Source: an uncultured Acidobacteriota bacterium
GTDB lineage: Bacteria > Acidobacteriota > UBA6911
Reading direction: 5' to 3'
Assembly (NCBI GenBank): GCA_963843575.1
Contig: CAWJKZ010000019.1
Coordinates: 96,001 to 160,000, forward strand
Length of the DNA stretch: 64,000 bases
In this document: positions 40,856-51,857 of the stretch, piece by piece
How the letters are laid out: each line of letters begins with the position of its first letter
Numbering within the stretch: the stretch's first letter is position 1
The notes under the pieces: model-generated
The model's database searches: none
What the model was told of the DNA's origin: nothing
The model's input: the letters and a program-made list of their open reading frames with translations, nothing else
Translations under genes and position numbers: made by a program

Positions 40856-40908
40856 TTGTCCGCGCTTCCCGCGGCGCTGCCGGCGAACGCGCGCCGACGG
40901 ATTCTCCG

Positions 40909-42147
40909 CTACCGACAGGGACTGCCCGCCTTCAACCGTTCCCGCGCCTGGAGCGCGGTTCTGAACGCGGCCGCGACTGTCTCGATCCAATCATTTAGGG
41001 CTGCCTCCTCGATTCCGCCGGCCTGCGCAAACTCAGGTCGGCCACCGCCTCTGCCGCCCAGCCTGGAGGCGGCATCCTTCACCCAGGAACCGGCGCTCCC
41101 GGGTGTGCCGGCGGCCCGGGCGACGACCACCTGGCCGCTGCCGGCCACGACCGTTCCCAGGATAGCCACGACACCGGCCCGCGCCGACGCCTTCTGCGCC
41201 AGCAGCTTTACCGCTTCCACCGGGCGCCCCGGATACACGCGTTTGATGAGGAATACCTCACCGTACTTATCGGCAACCTGCAGCAGATTAGACGCTTCAA
41301 AATCGAGGAGCTGCTCCTGGAGCTGCGCGTTGGCGCGCCTGAGGGACGCTTGCTCCGCCAGCAGCTTCTCGCCCAGCCTGGGGAGTTCGTCGGGGTGCGC
41401 GGAGAATTGCCGCCCGAGCTGCTTCAGCGTGCCATGCTCGTGCCGAAACAGCCGGAACGCCCGCAGGCCGCACACGAATTCGATGCGCGTCCCCCCTTTG
41501 TACCGCTCCGACCCCAGGACCGAAACGACGCCGATTTCCCCGGTGCGCCGCACGTGCGTGCCGCCGCACGGGGAGCGGTCGAATCCCTGCACGTCGACGA
41601 CCCGGATCAACCCCTCGCGCTGCGATTCCTTGCGCACCCCGAGCGCCGACAGCTCGCTGCGGTCGACCGAGATCGTGGTGACCGGGCGGTCCTCCATCGC
41701 GATCCGGGTGGCCAGCTCCTCCGCCGCGCGGATCGCGTCGGGATCGGGTTGGGGCATCTCGACGTCGATGGTCGACGTTTCGGGGCCGAGGTGGAACGAA
41801 ACCGTGGCGGCCCGGGCTGCCCGGACGAACGCCTGGGAAAGGATGTGCTGCCCGGTGTGCTGCTGCATGTGGTCGAACCGGCGGTCCCAGTCGATGCGCC
41901 CCTCCACCGGGCCCTGCGTCAACGGCGCATCGAGGGTGTGGACGATCCGTCCGGCGGCGTCTTCCTCTACCGAGACGACCCGCGCGGGCCCGAGCGCCCC
42001 CCGGTCGTGAGGCTGTCCGCCGGAGGTGGGGTAAAACGCCGTCCGGTCGAGCACGACGGCGGGCGATCCGCCGACCGAGAGCTGCTCGATGACCGTGGCG
42101 CCGAAGGATGTGAGGTACGGGTCCTCGTGGTAGAGATGCTCGGTCAA
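40909..42147 (-). CDS. alaX: AlaX-type trans-editing protein with DHHA1 domain
   Basis: FYPTSGGQPHD, MQQHTGQH (HxxxH), CGGTH, GGGRPEFAQAG. Confidence 0.87.
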   Translation of the reverse strand: MTEHLYHEDPYLTSFGATVIEQLSVGGSPAVVLDRTAFYPTSGGQPHDRGALGPARVVSVEEDAAGRIVHTLDAPLTQGPVEGRIDWDRRFDHMQQHTGQHILSQAFVRAARAATVSFHLGPETSTIDVEMPQPDPDAIRAAEELATRIAMEDRPVTTISVDRSELSALGVRKESQREGLIRVVDVQGFDRSPCGGTHVRRTGEIGVVSVLGSERYKGGTRIEFVCGLRAFRLFRHEHGTLKQLGRQFSAHPDELPRLGEKLLAEQASLRRANAQLQEQLLDFEASNLLQVADKYGEVFLIKRVYPGRPVEAVKLLAQKASARAGVVAILGTVVAGSGQVVVARAAGTPGSAGSWVKDAASRLGGRGGGRPEFAQAGGIEEAALNDWIETVAAAFRTALQARERLKAGSPCR

Positions 42148-42175
42148 GGGTCCTGCCCCCGGTCTGGTTTGCAGC

Positions 42176-43343
42176 TCAGTTGAGAAGTTCGGGATACTTC
42201 AGCCCGGTCCCCGTGTTGAACAGGACCACCACTTCGTCTGGGCCCAGCCAGTTGTCGCGCACGAGCCGCCGGAGCGCGGGAATGCATGCGGCCCCCTCGG
42301 GGCACAGGAACAACCCCTCGAGCCGGCCGCAGAGTCTCATCGCGGCGACGATCTCGTCGTCGTCGACGGCGACCGCGGTGCCGCCGCTTTGGCGCAGCGC
42401 GTCGAGGATCAGGAAATCACCCGAGCGCGCGCGGCACCCGGAGACCGGAGGCGATCGTGCGGGCGTTCTGCCAGGTCTCCGCCGACGGAGGCGCCCGCGG
42501 CAAAGGCCCGGACGATGGGCGCGCACCCCGAGGACTGGACCGTCACCATGCGCGGGCGGCGCGAGTCCAACCAGCCCAGCGTTTCCATCTCCGAGAACGC
42601 CTTCCACATGCCGATCAGCCCGGTACCTCCGCCCGTCGGATAGAGCACCACGTCCGGCAGATGCCAGTCGAACTGCTCCGCCAGTTCGTACCCCATCGTT
42701 TTCTTGCCTTCGATCCGGTACGGTTCCTTGAGGGTTGAGACATCGTACCACCCTTCGGCTCTGTTTGCGCTCGGCAACAATGCGGCCGCAGTCGGTGATC
42801 AGGCCGTCGACGAGCTCCACGCGGGCGCCGAAGACCTGCGCCTCGACGACGTTGGCCCTGGGAGTGTCGGCGGGCATGAAGATGAAGGACTCCAGGCCGG
42901 CGTGCGCGCCATAGGCGGCCATGGCCCCGGCCGCGTTGCCGGCCGACGGGATGGCCAGCTTGCGGACGCCCAGTTCCGCTGGCCATGCTCACGGCCGCGC
43001 ACAGCCCGCGCGCCTTGAACGAGCCGGTCGGGTTACCGGCCTCCTCCTTGATGTAGAGGCGCGACAGGCCGAGTTCGCGTCCCAGGCGCGGGACGTGCAC
43101 CAGCGGCGTGAACCCTTCCCCGAGCGACACCACGTGGGCAGGATCCTGTACCGGCAGGAGCTCGGCGTAGCGCCACATCGTCGGTGGCCTGTCGCGCAGG
43201 CACTCGCGCGTGAACGACGCCCGCGCCCGCTGCAGATCGTAACGCGCGAGCAGGGGCGACCCGCAGCTGCACAGGGTGTGCGGCAGGCCCTTCGGGTATG
43301 CGCGGGCACATTTGGGACAATCGAGCCGGTCGAGGAAAGTCAT
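42176..43343 (-). CDS. thrC: threonine synthase (PLP fold II); about 4 frameshifts
   Basis: SLGEGFTPL, NPTGSFKARG, EPYRIEGKKTM, PTGGGTG, CPEGAA, NTGTGLKY. Confidence 0.85.
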
Positions 43344-43360
43344 TCTTCTGTCCTTTCGGG

Positions 43361-43630
43361 TTATGCCTTGAACCAGGTCCACACTCCTATGGCGACAAAC
43401 AGGACGGCGGCGGCCTTCGCAAGCAATCGCTGCGGCACGAAGCGGTCGACGACCCCACCCAGCAGTACGCCAAGCGCCGTGACGAGCGTGAGGGCTGCGG
43501 CGCCACCCAGGAAAACCGGCAGTGGCTTGCGGGACGACGCCGTCATCGTGACGATCGCCAGCTGGGTTTTGTCCCCCATCTCCGCCAGGAATATCGCCGA
43601 AAACGTCGTCAGTGCCAGTCTCCAATCCAT
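43361..43630 (-). CDS. half-size TMEM165/GDT1 (UPF0016) cation exchanger
   Basis: single EMGDKTQ motif, 3 TMs, 89 aa. Confidence 0.85.
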   Translation of the reverse strand: MDWRLALTTFSAIFLAEMGDKTQLAIVTMTASSRKPLPVFLGGAAALTLVTALGVLLGGVVDRFVPQRLLAKAAAVLFVAIGVWTWFKA

Positions 43631-43729
43631 CCCGTCCCCCTTTTCGCCGCCCGGCGGTCCGGACTCGAGCGGTGCTCGTTTGCGGTCGAGTGCGACGCCA
43701 GTTCCGGCCGCTGGACTCGATACGTGCCG

Positions 43730-43759
43730 TTGACACTGCTTTTGCCCGGTGTCTATACT
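43730..43759 (+). promoter_or_regulatory. sigma70-like promoter of hslVU (near-leaderless)
   Basis: TTGACA-N18-TATACT; ATG 8 nt downstream with no SD. Confidence 0.65.
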
Positions 43760-43767
43760 CCCCGTCT

Positions 43768-44313
43768 ATGGGTTCATCCAGCGCAGTCTATCACGGGACT
43801 ACCATCCTGCTCGTCAAACGCGGCGCGCATACCGCGATTGCCGGGGATGGGCAGGTCACGCTCGGCGACGCGATCATAAAACAGACCGCGCGCAAGATCC
43901 GGCGGCTGCACAACGATACGGTCCTGGTCGGTTTCGCAGGGGCTACCGCCGATGCCTTCGCCCTGTTCGCCCGTCTCGAGGCGAAGCTGGACCAGTTCCA
44001 GGGCAAGCTGAGCCGGGCCGCGGTCGAGCTGGCGCAGGAGTGGCGGACCGACCGCGCGCTGCGGCACCTCGAGGCGCTTCTGCTGGCCACCGACGGCGAA
44101 TCGACCTACCTGGTTTCGGGCACCGGAGACGTGATCGAACCGGACGACGGGATCCTGGCGGTCGGTTCGGGAGGAAATTACGCTCTGGCCGCGGCGCGTG
44201 CGTTGCTGCGCCACACCAAGATGAGCGCCAGCCAGATTGCGCTCGAGAGCCTCAAGATCGCAGGCGAGATATGCATTTTCACGAATTCCGAGATCGTCGT
44301 CGAAGAGCTGTGA
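43768..44313 (+). CDS. hslV: ATP-dependent protease subunit HslV
   Basis: [27 protein letters not shown]. Confidence 0.95.
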   Translation: MGSSSAVYHGTTILLVKRGAHTAIAGDGQVTLGDAIIKQTARKIRRLHNDTVLVGFAGATADAFALFARLEAKLDQFQGKLSRAAVELAQEWRTDRALRHLEALLLATDGESTYLVSGTGDVIEPDDGILAVGSGGNYALAAARALLRHTKMSASQIALESLKIAGEICIFTNSEIVVEEL

Positions 44314-44374
44314 TCGGACCGAAGCTCACCCGCAACGGCCGCCGCGCCGCCGCCACCCGTGACACAGAGAACTG

Positions 44375-45763
44375 ATGCCCCAGAAAACCAGGAGACCGGC
44401 TGCGCGCCGTCGCGGTTTGGACGAGATGACGCCGCGCGAGATCGTGGCCGAGCTCGACAAGTACGTCGTAGGGCAGCACGAGGCCAAAAAGGCCGTCGCC
44501 ATAGCCCTGCGCAACCGCATCCGCCGCCAGAAGCTCGACGAGGAGATGGCCGAGGAGGTCGCTCCGAAAAACATCATCATGATCGGGCCGACGGGCGTCG
44601 GAAAGACCGAGATCGCGCGGCGCCTCGCCCGCCTCGCCAACTCGCCGTTCCTCAAGATCGAGGCCACCAAGTTCACCGAGATCGGATACGTCGGCCGCGA
44701 CGTCGAATCGATGGTCCGAGACCTGGTCGAGATCGCCGTGGACATGGTCCGGCTGGAGAAGATCGGCGAAATCGAGGAGAAGGCGGAGCAGAACGCGGAG
44801 GAACGGCTGCTCGACATCCTCCTGCCCAACCTGCAGCAGGGATCCGACGAAAAGGTGATGACCGATCTGCCCCGCCTCGAACGCGTGCGCGAGAAGCTGC
44901 GGCGCGAACTGCGCGCCGGCCGCCTCGATCACCGCATGATCGAACTCGAGGTCCGCGAGCACCTGTCCAGCCCCCTCTCCCTCCAGGTCTTCGAGGGCTC
45001 CAACATGGAGGAGCTGCAGTTCAACATGCGGGACCTCCTGTCGGGTCTGACGGAAGGGAAGCCCAAGCGGCGGCGCATGCGGGTCGAAGAAGCCGCCGAG
45101 TACATCATGCAGGAGGAAGAGCAGAAGCTGGTCGACATGGAACAGGTGGCTCGTCTGGCGCTCGAGCGGGTGGAGCAGGGGGGCATCATCTTCCTCGATG
45201 AGATCGACAAAATTGCGGGGCGGGAAAGCGGGCACGGCCCCGACGTGAGCCGAGAAGGGGTGCAGCGCGACATCCTGCCGATCGTCGAAGGGACAAACGT
45301 CAATACCCGCTACGGCATGCTTCGCACCGACCACATCTTGTTCATCGCCGCCGGCGCCTTTCACGTCTCCAAGCCCGCCGACCTGATCCCCGAGATCCAG
45401 GGGCGGTTCCCCATACGGGTCGAGATGAATCCGCTCGGCGCCGAGGATTTTGTCCGCATCCTCAAAGAGCCCAAGAACGCGCTGGTGAAGCAGTATACGG
45501 CCCTGATGGCCACCGAAGGGGTAAGGCTGCGGTTTACCGACGACGCCATCCGCGAGCTGTCTAAGGTCGCCCACGCCGTGAACGAGGCCACCGAGAACAT
45601 CGGGGCCCGCCGCCTCCACACCATCATGGAGGCCCTGCTCGACGAGATTTCGTTCAGCGGCACCGAGCTGAGGAACAAGACCGTCACCATCAACGCCAAT
45701 TACGTGCAGAAGAAGCTCGGCGACATCGTGCGGGACAAGGATGTGAGCCGGTACATTCTCTGA
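44375..45763 (+). CDS. hslU: ATP-dependent protease ATPase HslU
   Basis: MTPREIV, GPTGVGKTE, GYVGRDVES, DVSREGVQRD, ENIGARRL. Confidence 0.95.
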   Translation: MPQKTRRPAARRRGLDEMTPREIVAELDKYVVGQHEAKKAVAIALRNRIRRQKLDEEMAEEVAPKNIIMIGPTGVGKTEIARRLARLANSPFLKIEATKFTEIGYVGRDVESMVRDLVEIAVDMVRLEKIGEIEEKAEQNAEERLLDILLPNLQQGSDEKVMTDLPRLERVREKLRRELRAGRLDHRMIELEVREHLSSPLSLQVFEGSNMEELQFNMRDLLSGLTEGKPKRRRMRVEEAAEYIMQEEEQKLVDMEQVARLALERVEQGGIIFLDEIDKIAGRESGHGPDVSREGVQRDILPIVEGTNVNTRYGMLRTDHILFIAAGAFHVSKPADLIPEIQGRFPIRVEMNPLGAEDFVRILKEPKNALVKQYTALMATEGVRLRFTDDAIRELSKVAHAVNEATENIGARRLHTIMEALLDEISFSGTELRNKTVTINANYVQKKLGDIVRDKDVSRYIL

Positions 45764-46869
45764 TGCGCAAAACCGAACGCGCCGCCAGACGGGTCGATCG
45801 CTTTCCGGTTGTTGCCGCGGCGCTCCTGTGCCTGCTCGCCTCGGGTTGCGCCAAGATCGGCGACCCGCAGCCCCCGGTCGTGAACGTCCTGAGGCCCCCG
45901 GGCGATCTCGAAGCCCGTCAGTACGCGGCCCGTGTCGTTCTCAGCGTCACGCTGCCAACCCAATACACGACGGGCGCCTCCGCAACCCACTCGGATGCGG
46001 CCCAGGTGCTGCGAGTCGTCGACCCCGATCGCACCGCGTCGGGGCCGTTGCCGGAGCAAGACTTCCTTGAGAAGGCGACCCCCCTGGCGACCCTGGACCC
46101 GTCCGCCGTGGCCAGGGAAGCAAAAAACGGCCGGCTGGTGGTAGAGGACCGGCTGAATCTCCCCGACCCCGCGGATGTCTACACCCGCGCGTTCCGCTAC
46201 GCGGTCAGGTTCATCAACTCCGGGAACGAAACGGCAGGCCTGTCAAACCAGGTGGTCGTCGCCCCGATTCCCGTGCCCGCCCCGCCCGCCCAGGTCCGTT
46301 TCGATCTCGGCCAGGACCGGATCCGACTGGCTTGGGACCCGCCGTCGAAAAACGTCGACGGGTCTCAGCCGCCCAATGTCGCGGGGTACAACGTCTACCG
46401 CTCGGAGTCCCCCGAAGCCTTCGGCGGCGCGCCGCGCAACGCCAGCCCGCTCCCGGGTCCGGAGTTCGAGGACCGTGAGTTCGAGTGGGACAAGACCTAT
46501 TACTACAAAGTCAGCATCGTGGGGCGAACGGCCGCGCCCTACGCCGAAACGGACGCTTCACCGGCCCTGCAGGTCGAGGCACGCGACACCTTCCCCCCGA
46601 GTGCGCCCGTCAACCTCAACGCGGTCGTGGAATCCGGAGTCGTCTTCCTCCTGTGGTCCGCCCCGCCGCAGGCCGACGTCGCCGGTTATCGGGTGTACCG
46701 AATCCCCGAAGGGGGTACGCGCGAACAGCTCGGGACCGAGCTGGTCAAAGAGCCAAGCTACCGCGACGCGGGTACCCAGGCGGGACGGAAATGCGTCTAC
46801 TTCGTCCACGCCGTGGACACCCACGGCAACGAAGGCCCCGGCGCGGAGACGGCGGTCGCCATCCCCTGA
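45763..46869 (+). CDS. lipoprotein with fibronectin type III repeats
   Basis: lipobox LASGC; FN3 motifs LAW..P...AGYNVYR and YFVHAVD..GNE; TGATG overlap with hslU. Confidence 0.8.
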   Translation: MRKTERAARRVDRFPVVAAALLCLLASGCAKIGDPQPPVVNVLRPPGDLEARQYAARVVLSVTLPTQYTTGASATHSDAAQVLRVVDPDRTASGPLPEQDFLEKATPLATLDPSAVAREAKNGRLVVEDRLNLPDPADVYTRAFRYAVRFINSGNETAGLSNQVVVAPIPVPAPPAQVRFDLGQDRIRLAWDPPSKNVDGSQPPNVAGYNVYRSESPEAFGGAPRNASPLPGPEFEDREFEWDKTYYYKVSIVGRTAAPYAETDASPALQVEARDTFPPSAPVNLNAVVESGVVFLLWSAPPQADVAGYRVYRIPEGGTREQLGTELVKEPSYRDAGTQAGRKCVYFVHAVDTHGNEGPGAETAVAIP

Positions 46870-46910
46870 ACGCGCGCAGTTGCAGCTCACCCGAGCTAGA
46901 TACAAAACAA

Positions 46911-47011
46911 GTGGGTCCGGGCTTTAGCCCGGACGTCTTTTGATCGGTGCTATATAGCGACGCCCCCCTATAGTGACCACAAACAGCGTCCGGGCTGAAG
47001 CCCGGACCCAC
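46911..47011 (-). repeat. REPIN family 1, copy C
   Basis: two inverted REPs, inner motifs conserved (TTTGTGGTCACT variant); 26-nt core. Confidence 0.85.
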
Positions 47012-47188
47012 TTGAACTCAGGGAAGGCGCCAATCGTCGGGCAACCTCTTCAGCCTCACAATGAGTTCCTCACCTGGGACGTGTCCGGGCTTGAAGGCCG
47101 GATCCACCTGAAGGCCCCCGCCCGGCACCGCCCCGCACCGTGTGATAGTATGGATATCAAGGATGTATCGGGAAGGGGGGCACCTACA

Positions 47189-47845
47189 ATGAAGTTCTTT
47201 CTGGATACCGCCAACATTGACGAGATCAGGGACGCGGTCGACTACGGGCTCATCGACGGGGTGACGACTAACCCGTCGCTGGTCGCCAAGGAAGGACGCG
47301 ATTTCAAGGACATCCTGCGCGAGATCGCCTCGATCGTCGACGGCCCGATCAGCGCCGAGGTCGTGTCCACCAACAGCGCCGGGATGCTGAGCGAGGCGTA
47401 CGACCTCGCCAAGGTGCACAAGAACATCGTCGTGAAGCTCCCCATGCTCAAGGAGGGGATGAAGGCGCTGAAACAGCTGTCGCGCGACGGCATCCGCACC
47501 AACGTGACGCTGGTCTTCAATCCCAACCAGGCGCTGGTGGCCGCCAAACTGGGCGCCACCTACGTGTCGCCATTCGTCGGCCGGCTCGACGACGTCAGTG
47601 AAGTCGGGATGGGTCTGGTCGCCGACTTGGTCAAGATTTTCCACAACTACAGTTTACCGACCCGGATCCTGGTCGCGAGCTGTCGGCACCCGCTACACGT
47701 CCGCGAAGCGGCCCTCCTGGGCGCAGACGTGGCGACGATGCCCTACAAGGTGCTCGAGCAGCTGCTGAAGCATCCGTTGACCGATGTCGGGCTGGAGCGC
47801 TTCCTCAAGGATTGGGAGAAAGTGCGCCAGCCGACCCACGCATAA
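47189..47845 (+). CDS. tal: transaldolase / fructose-6-phosphate aldolase (short type)
   Basis: [37 protein letters not shown]. Confidence 0.9.
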   Translation: MKFFLDTANIDEIRDAVDYGLIDGVTTNPSLVAKEGRDFKDILREIASIVDGPISAEVVSTNSAGMLSEAYDLAKVHKNIVVKLPMLKEGMKALKQLSRDGIRTNVTLVFNPNQALVAAKLGATYVSPFVGRLDDVSEVGMGLVADLVKIFHNYSLPTRILVASCRHPLHVREAALLGADVATMPYKVLEQLLKHPLTDVGLERFLKDWEKVRQPTHA

Positions 47846-47888
47846 AACCCAGGCAGGCGGGCAGCTTCCATGCCCGGCGAGTGCCCCG

Positions 47889-49439
47889 ATGGACATAACG
47901 GAGAAACTCAAGCAGCTGGAAGACCTTCATCGACGCGCCGAACTCGGGGGCGGCCCCGAGCGCCTGCGGCGGCAACACGAGGCCTCGAAGATGACCGCCC
48001 GCGAGCGCATCCACCTGCTGCTCGACGAAGACAGCTTTGAGGAGACGGACAAGTTCGTCGAGCACCGCTGCAGCGACTTCGGCATGGCCGGGCAGCGGAT
48101 CCCCGGCGATGGCGTCGTGACGGGCTACGGCCGGATCGACGGCCGGCCCCTGTACGTCTATGCCCAGGATTTCACCGTCTTCGGCGGGAGCCTCAGCGAA
48201 GCCTACGCGGAGAAGATCTGCAAGGTGATGGACATGGCGATGAAGGTGGGGGTCCCCGTCGTCGGCCTGAACGATTCCGGCGGCGCCCGCATCCAGGAGG
48301 GCGTCGTGAGCCTCGGCGGCTACGCCGACATCTTTCTCCGCAACACGCTCGCCAGCGGCGTCGTCCCTCAGATTTCGGCCATCATGGGACCGTGTGCCGG
48401 CGGAGCGGTCTACTCCCCCGCCATTACAGACTTCATCCTGATGGTCAAAAAGACGAGCTACATGTTCGTGACGGGCCCGGACGTGATCCGGACCGTCACC
48501 CACGAGGAGGTCTCGATGGATGACCTGGGCGGGGCCCTGACCCACAACGCGACCAGCGGGGTGGCCCACTTCGCCGTCGCCGACGACCGCGAGTGCCTCG
48601 CTACCATCCGCCAGCTTCTCGGCTATCTCCCGGCCAACAACATGGAAGACCCGCCGGCGCGCCCGTGCGCGGATCCGTGGGACCGGGAAGACGAGCGGCT
48701 CAACACCCTGGTGCCGACGGACCCGAACCAGCCCTACGACGTGAAGGAGATCATCCGCACCGTCGCCGACGCCGGCAGTTTCCTCGAGGTACACAGGGAT
48801 TTCGCCAGGAACATCGTCGTGGGTTTCGCGCGGCTCGATGGCCGGCCGGTCGGGATGGTCGCCAACCAGCCCGCGCACCTCGCCGGCACGCTGGACATCT
48901 CCGCCTCGGTCAAGGCCGCGCGCTTCGTCCGCTTCTGCGACTGTTTCAACATCCCGCTGATCACGTTCGAAGACGTCCCCGGATTCCTGCCGGGCACGGC
49001 GCAGGAGTTCGGCGGCGTCATCAAGCACGGGGCCAAGCTGCTGTATGCCTTCGCCGAGGCGACCGTGCCTAAAATAACCGTGATCACGCGCAAGGCCTAC
49101 GGCGGCGCCTACTGCGTGATGGCGTCCAAGCACATCCGCACCGATTTGAACTTCGCCTACCCCACCGCCGAAATTGCCGTCATGGGGCCCGAGGGGGCCG
49201 TCAACATCCTCTACCGCAACGAGCTGAAGGCTTCGCCCGATCCGGCGAAGTTCCGGGCGAAGAAAGTCGAGGAATTCCGCAGCAAGTTCGCCTCGCCCTA
49301 CATCGCCGCGCAGCGCGGCTTCATCGACGAGGTCATCGAACCCCGGCTGACGAGGCGGAAGCTGATCACGGGGCTGCGCATCCTGGAAACCAAGCGGGAC
49401 ACGAACCCGCCCAGAAAGCACGGGAACATCCCGCTGTAG
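47889..49439 (+). CDS. pccB: acyl-CoA carboxylase carboxyltransferase subunit (PccB/MmdA-like)
   Basis: [47 protein letters not shown]. Confidence 0.9.
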   Translation: MDITEKLKQLEDLHRRAELGGGPERLRRQHEASKMTARERIHLLLDEDSFEETDKFVEHRCSDFGMAGQRIPGDGVVTGYGRIDGRPLYVYAQDFTVFGGSLSEAYAEKICKVMDMAMKVGVPVVGLNDSGGARIQEGVVSLGGYADIFLRNTLASGVVPQISAIMGPCAGGAVYSPAITDFILMVKKTSYMFVTGPDVIRTVTHEEVSMDDLGGALTHNATSGVAHFAVADDRECLATIRQLLGYLPANNMEDPPARPCADPWDREDERLNTLVPTDPNQPYDVKEIIRTVADAGSFLEVHRDFARNIVVGFARLDGRPVGMVANQPAHLAGTLDISASVKAARFVRFCDCFNIPLITFEDVPGFLPGTAQEFGGVIKHGAKLLYAFAEATVPKITVITRKAYGGAYCVMASKHIRTDLNFAYPTAEIAVMGPEGAVNILYRNELKASPDPAKFRAKKVEEFRSKFASPYIAAQRGFIDEVIEPRLTRRKLITGLRILETKRDTNPPRKHGNIPL

Positions 49440-49505
49440 ACGACTGGGGCTGCCCCACTCCCGCGGCAACTCGTTGGGTGCGGCGATGCCGGAAAACGGA
49501 GCTCG

Positions 49506-51020
49506 ATGTTTCGAAAAGTGCTGGTCGCCAACCGCGGCGAAATCGCGGTGCGGATTGTCCGCGCGTGCCGGGACCTGGGGATCTCACCCGTAGCCGTGTA
49601 CTCCGAGGCCGACCGTGCGGCCCTGCACGTGCGTCTCGCCGACGAGGCCTACCCGATCGGGCCGGCCCCCTCCTCCGAGAGTTACCTGGTCGTCGACAAG
49701 ATCGTGCAGGCCGCGCTGCGCAGCGGGTGCGACGCGGTCCACCCGGGGTACGGCTTTCTCTCGGAGAATCCGCGCCTGGCCGAGGCCTGCCGCGAGGCGG
49801 GCATCGTGATGGTCGGGCCCGGGGCCGCCTCGATGAGGCTGATGGCGACGAAGACCGGGGCCCGCTCGGTGCTGCTGAAGTCCGGCGTCCCCGTCGTTCC
49901 GGGGACCTATCGCTCGCTGAGCTCACTCCCGGAAGCCGTCGCGGAAGCCGGCCGCATCGGCTACCCCGTCATGCTCAAGGCCGTCGCGGGCGGGGGAGGC
50001 AAGGGGATGCGTCTCGTGCGCGACGAGTCGCGGTTGGCAGAGGACTTCGTAGCGGCCAGCTCGGAGGCGTCCAACGCCTTCGGGGACGCTTCCGTTTACC
50101 TCGAGAAGTACATCGCCCGGCCCCGCCATGTGGAAATCCAGGTCCTGGTGGACCGCTTCGGGGACGCCGTGCACCTCGGCGAGCGCGAGTGCAGCCTCCA
50201 GCGGCGCCACCAGAAGGTGCTCGAGGAAAGCCCGAGCCCGTTCCTCGACCCCGAGCTGCGCGAACGCATGGGCTCGGCCGCGCTCGAGGTCGCCCGGGCC
50301 GCCAACTACGAGAATGCGGGGACCGTCGAGTTCCTCATGGACGACGACCGGAACTTCTACTTCCTCGAGATGAACACCCGCCTCCAGGTGGAACATCCCG
50401 TAACGGAAGCGGTCACCGGGCTGGATCTCGTCTGCGAGCAGTTCCGGATCGCTGCCGGCGAACCGCTGTCGGTCCGGCAGGGCGATGTCCGGCACAGGGG
50501 ATGGGCCCTGGAGTGCCGAATCTACGCCGAGGATCCCGAGCGCAATTTCCTCCCGTCCCCCGGCAGGATCGCGCGCCTGGTCGAACCGCAGGGCCCGGGC
50601 GTCCGGGTGGATTCGGGCGTCTACGAAGGGTGGGAAGTCCCGATCCACTACGATCCACTGATCGCCAAGCTCGTGGCGCACGGCGCGGACCGGCCGCAGG
50701 CGATCGCGCGCATGAAGCGGGCCATCGGGGAGTACCGGATCGACGGGATACGAACGACACTCGGCCTCTTCTCCGAACTGCTGCAGGACCCCAGATTCGT
50801 GGCCGGCGACGTCTCGACCGGTTTCATCGAGGAGTTCCTCGGCAGGCGGCCGCTGCGTGCCGCAGGCCGCGCGGTCCCGATCGAGGCGCTCGCAGTGGCC
50901 GCGGCCCTTGCCTACCGGGATGCCGCGAGCGCCCCGGCGCCGGCCAACGGCGCGCAGCGGGAGAGCGCGTGGAAATTCAGTCTGCGGCCGGGTTTGCACC
51001 CGGGCCGCAGACGCGGGTAG
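49506..51020 (+). CDS. accC: biotin carboxylase subunit
   Basis: VANRGEIA, HPGYGFLSE, GGGGKGM, ERECSLQRRHQK, EMNTRLQVEH. Confidence 0.9.
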   Translation: MFRKVLVANRGEIAVRIVRACRDLGISPVAVYSEADRAALHVRLADEAYPIGPAPSSESYLVVDKIVQAALRSGCDAVHPGYGFLSENPRLAEACREAGIVMVGPGAASMRLMATKTGARSVLLKSGVPVVPGTYRSLSSLPEAVAEAGRIGYPVMLKAVAGGGGKGMRLVRDESRLAEDFVAASSEASNAFGDASVYLEKYIARPRHVEIQVLVDRFGDAVHLGERECSLQRRHQKVLEESPSPFLDPELRERMGSAALEVARAANYENAGTVEFLMDDDRNFYFLEMNTRLQVEHPVTEAVTGLDLVCEQFRIAAGEPLSVRQGDVRHRGWALECRIYAEDPERNFLPSPGRIARLVEPQGPGVRVDSGVYEGWEVPIHYDPLIAKLVAHGADRPQAIARMKRAIGEYRIDGIRTTLGLFSELLQDPRFVAGDVSTGFIEEFLGRRPLRAAGRAVPIEALAVAAALAYRDAASAPAPANGAQRESAWKFSLRPGLHPGRRRG

Positions 51021-51034
51021 GAGTCGGAGGGACC

Positions 51035-51532
51035 GTGCACATCGAGATCAGCGCCGGGGAGAGGAGCGTACGGGTGGAGATCCCGCCCCGCGGGCGGACC
51101 GGGCCGGTCCGCATAGGCGACGCCGAGGTCCCCTGCGACTGCGTCCGGCTGCCCGACGGCAGCTACTCGCTCATCTTGGACGGGCACGTCTACGACCTGT
51201 CGGTCGCGGTCGATTCCGATTCCTGTTCCGTGTCCGGCGCGTCGGGCGAGTACAGGGTGCGTCTGGCCGACCCGCGCCGGACCGCCGTGGGAACGCGCCC
51301 CGAAGAGTCCCAGGCAGGAGTCCAGCGGATTCGGGCCGACATGCCGGGGAAGGTGATCCGGATCCTGGTGAAACCGGGGGAACGGGTGGAGTGCGACCAG
51401 GGACTGCTCGTCCTGGAAGCGATGAAAATGCAGAACGAGATCCGCGCCCCCAAAGGCGGGATCGTCAGAGAACTCGGCGTGAGGGCAGGGGGAACCGTCG
51501 GCTCCGGCGACTTTCTCGTCAGCCTCGAGTAG
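51035..51532 (+). CDS. biotin carboxyl carrier protein
   Basis: EAMKM biotinylation motif; GTG start after GGAGG. Confidence 0.88.
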   Translation: MHIEISAGERSVRVEIPPRGRTGPVRIGDAEVPCDCVRLPDGSYSLILDGHVYDLSVAVDSDSCSVSGASGEYRVRLADPRRTAVGTRPEESQAGVQRIRADMPGKVIRILVKPGERVECDQGLLVLEAMKMQNEIRAPKGGIVRELGVRAGGTVGSGDFLVSLE

Positions 51533-51539
51533 CCAACAG

Positions 51540-51743
51540 GTGGGTCCGGGCCCGATCCAAACAAGATACACGTGGGTCCGGGCTTCAGCCCGGACGCTTT
51601 TTGCGGTCGCTATAACGTGCGCCCGTCGCGAGATCAGATCAAAAGACGTCCGGGCTGAAGCCCGGACCCACTTGTTTTACGGGCAGGGCGGGTGGTTCAA
51701 CCGTTGGACAGCTTCTTCAGTCCGGACGCCGTTTGCGGTCGCT
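51540..51743 (+). repeat. REPIN family 1, copy D, plus degenerate flanking arms and connector
   Basis: full unit 51572..51671 (25-nt core); partial GTGGGTCCGGG at 51540; CGTTGGACAGCTTCTTCAGTCCGGACGCCGTTTGCGGTCGCT at 51702..51743. Confidence 0.85.
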
Positions 51744-51857
51744 GTTTTTTGCGGAAACCGTGTCGGACGGCCCTGCAGCCCCGGACTAAGATTTCGCGAC
51801 GTTCCCAGGGCATCCCGATGCTAAACTGCCGGCACAAACCGGTGCGTGGAGTCCGTC

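Noticed and set aside
18751-43343. Many frameshifts (rbsA-like, ATPase, kinase, regulator, TPR, GT2, M14, DGC, thrC; also addA, glgP, yyaL) read as pseudogenes or programmed frameshifting
   Set aside because: The indels are clustered by region, hit unrelated conserved genes, leave motifs and codon bias intact and show no common slippery site. Long-read consensus error is the simplest explanation.
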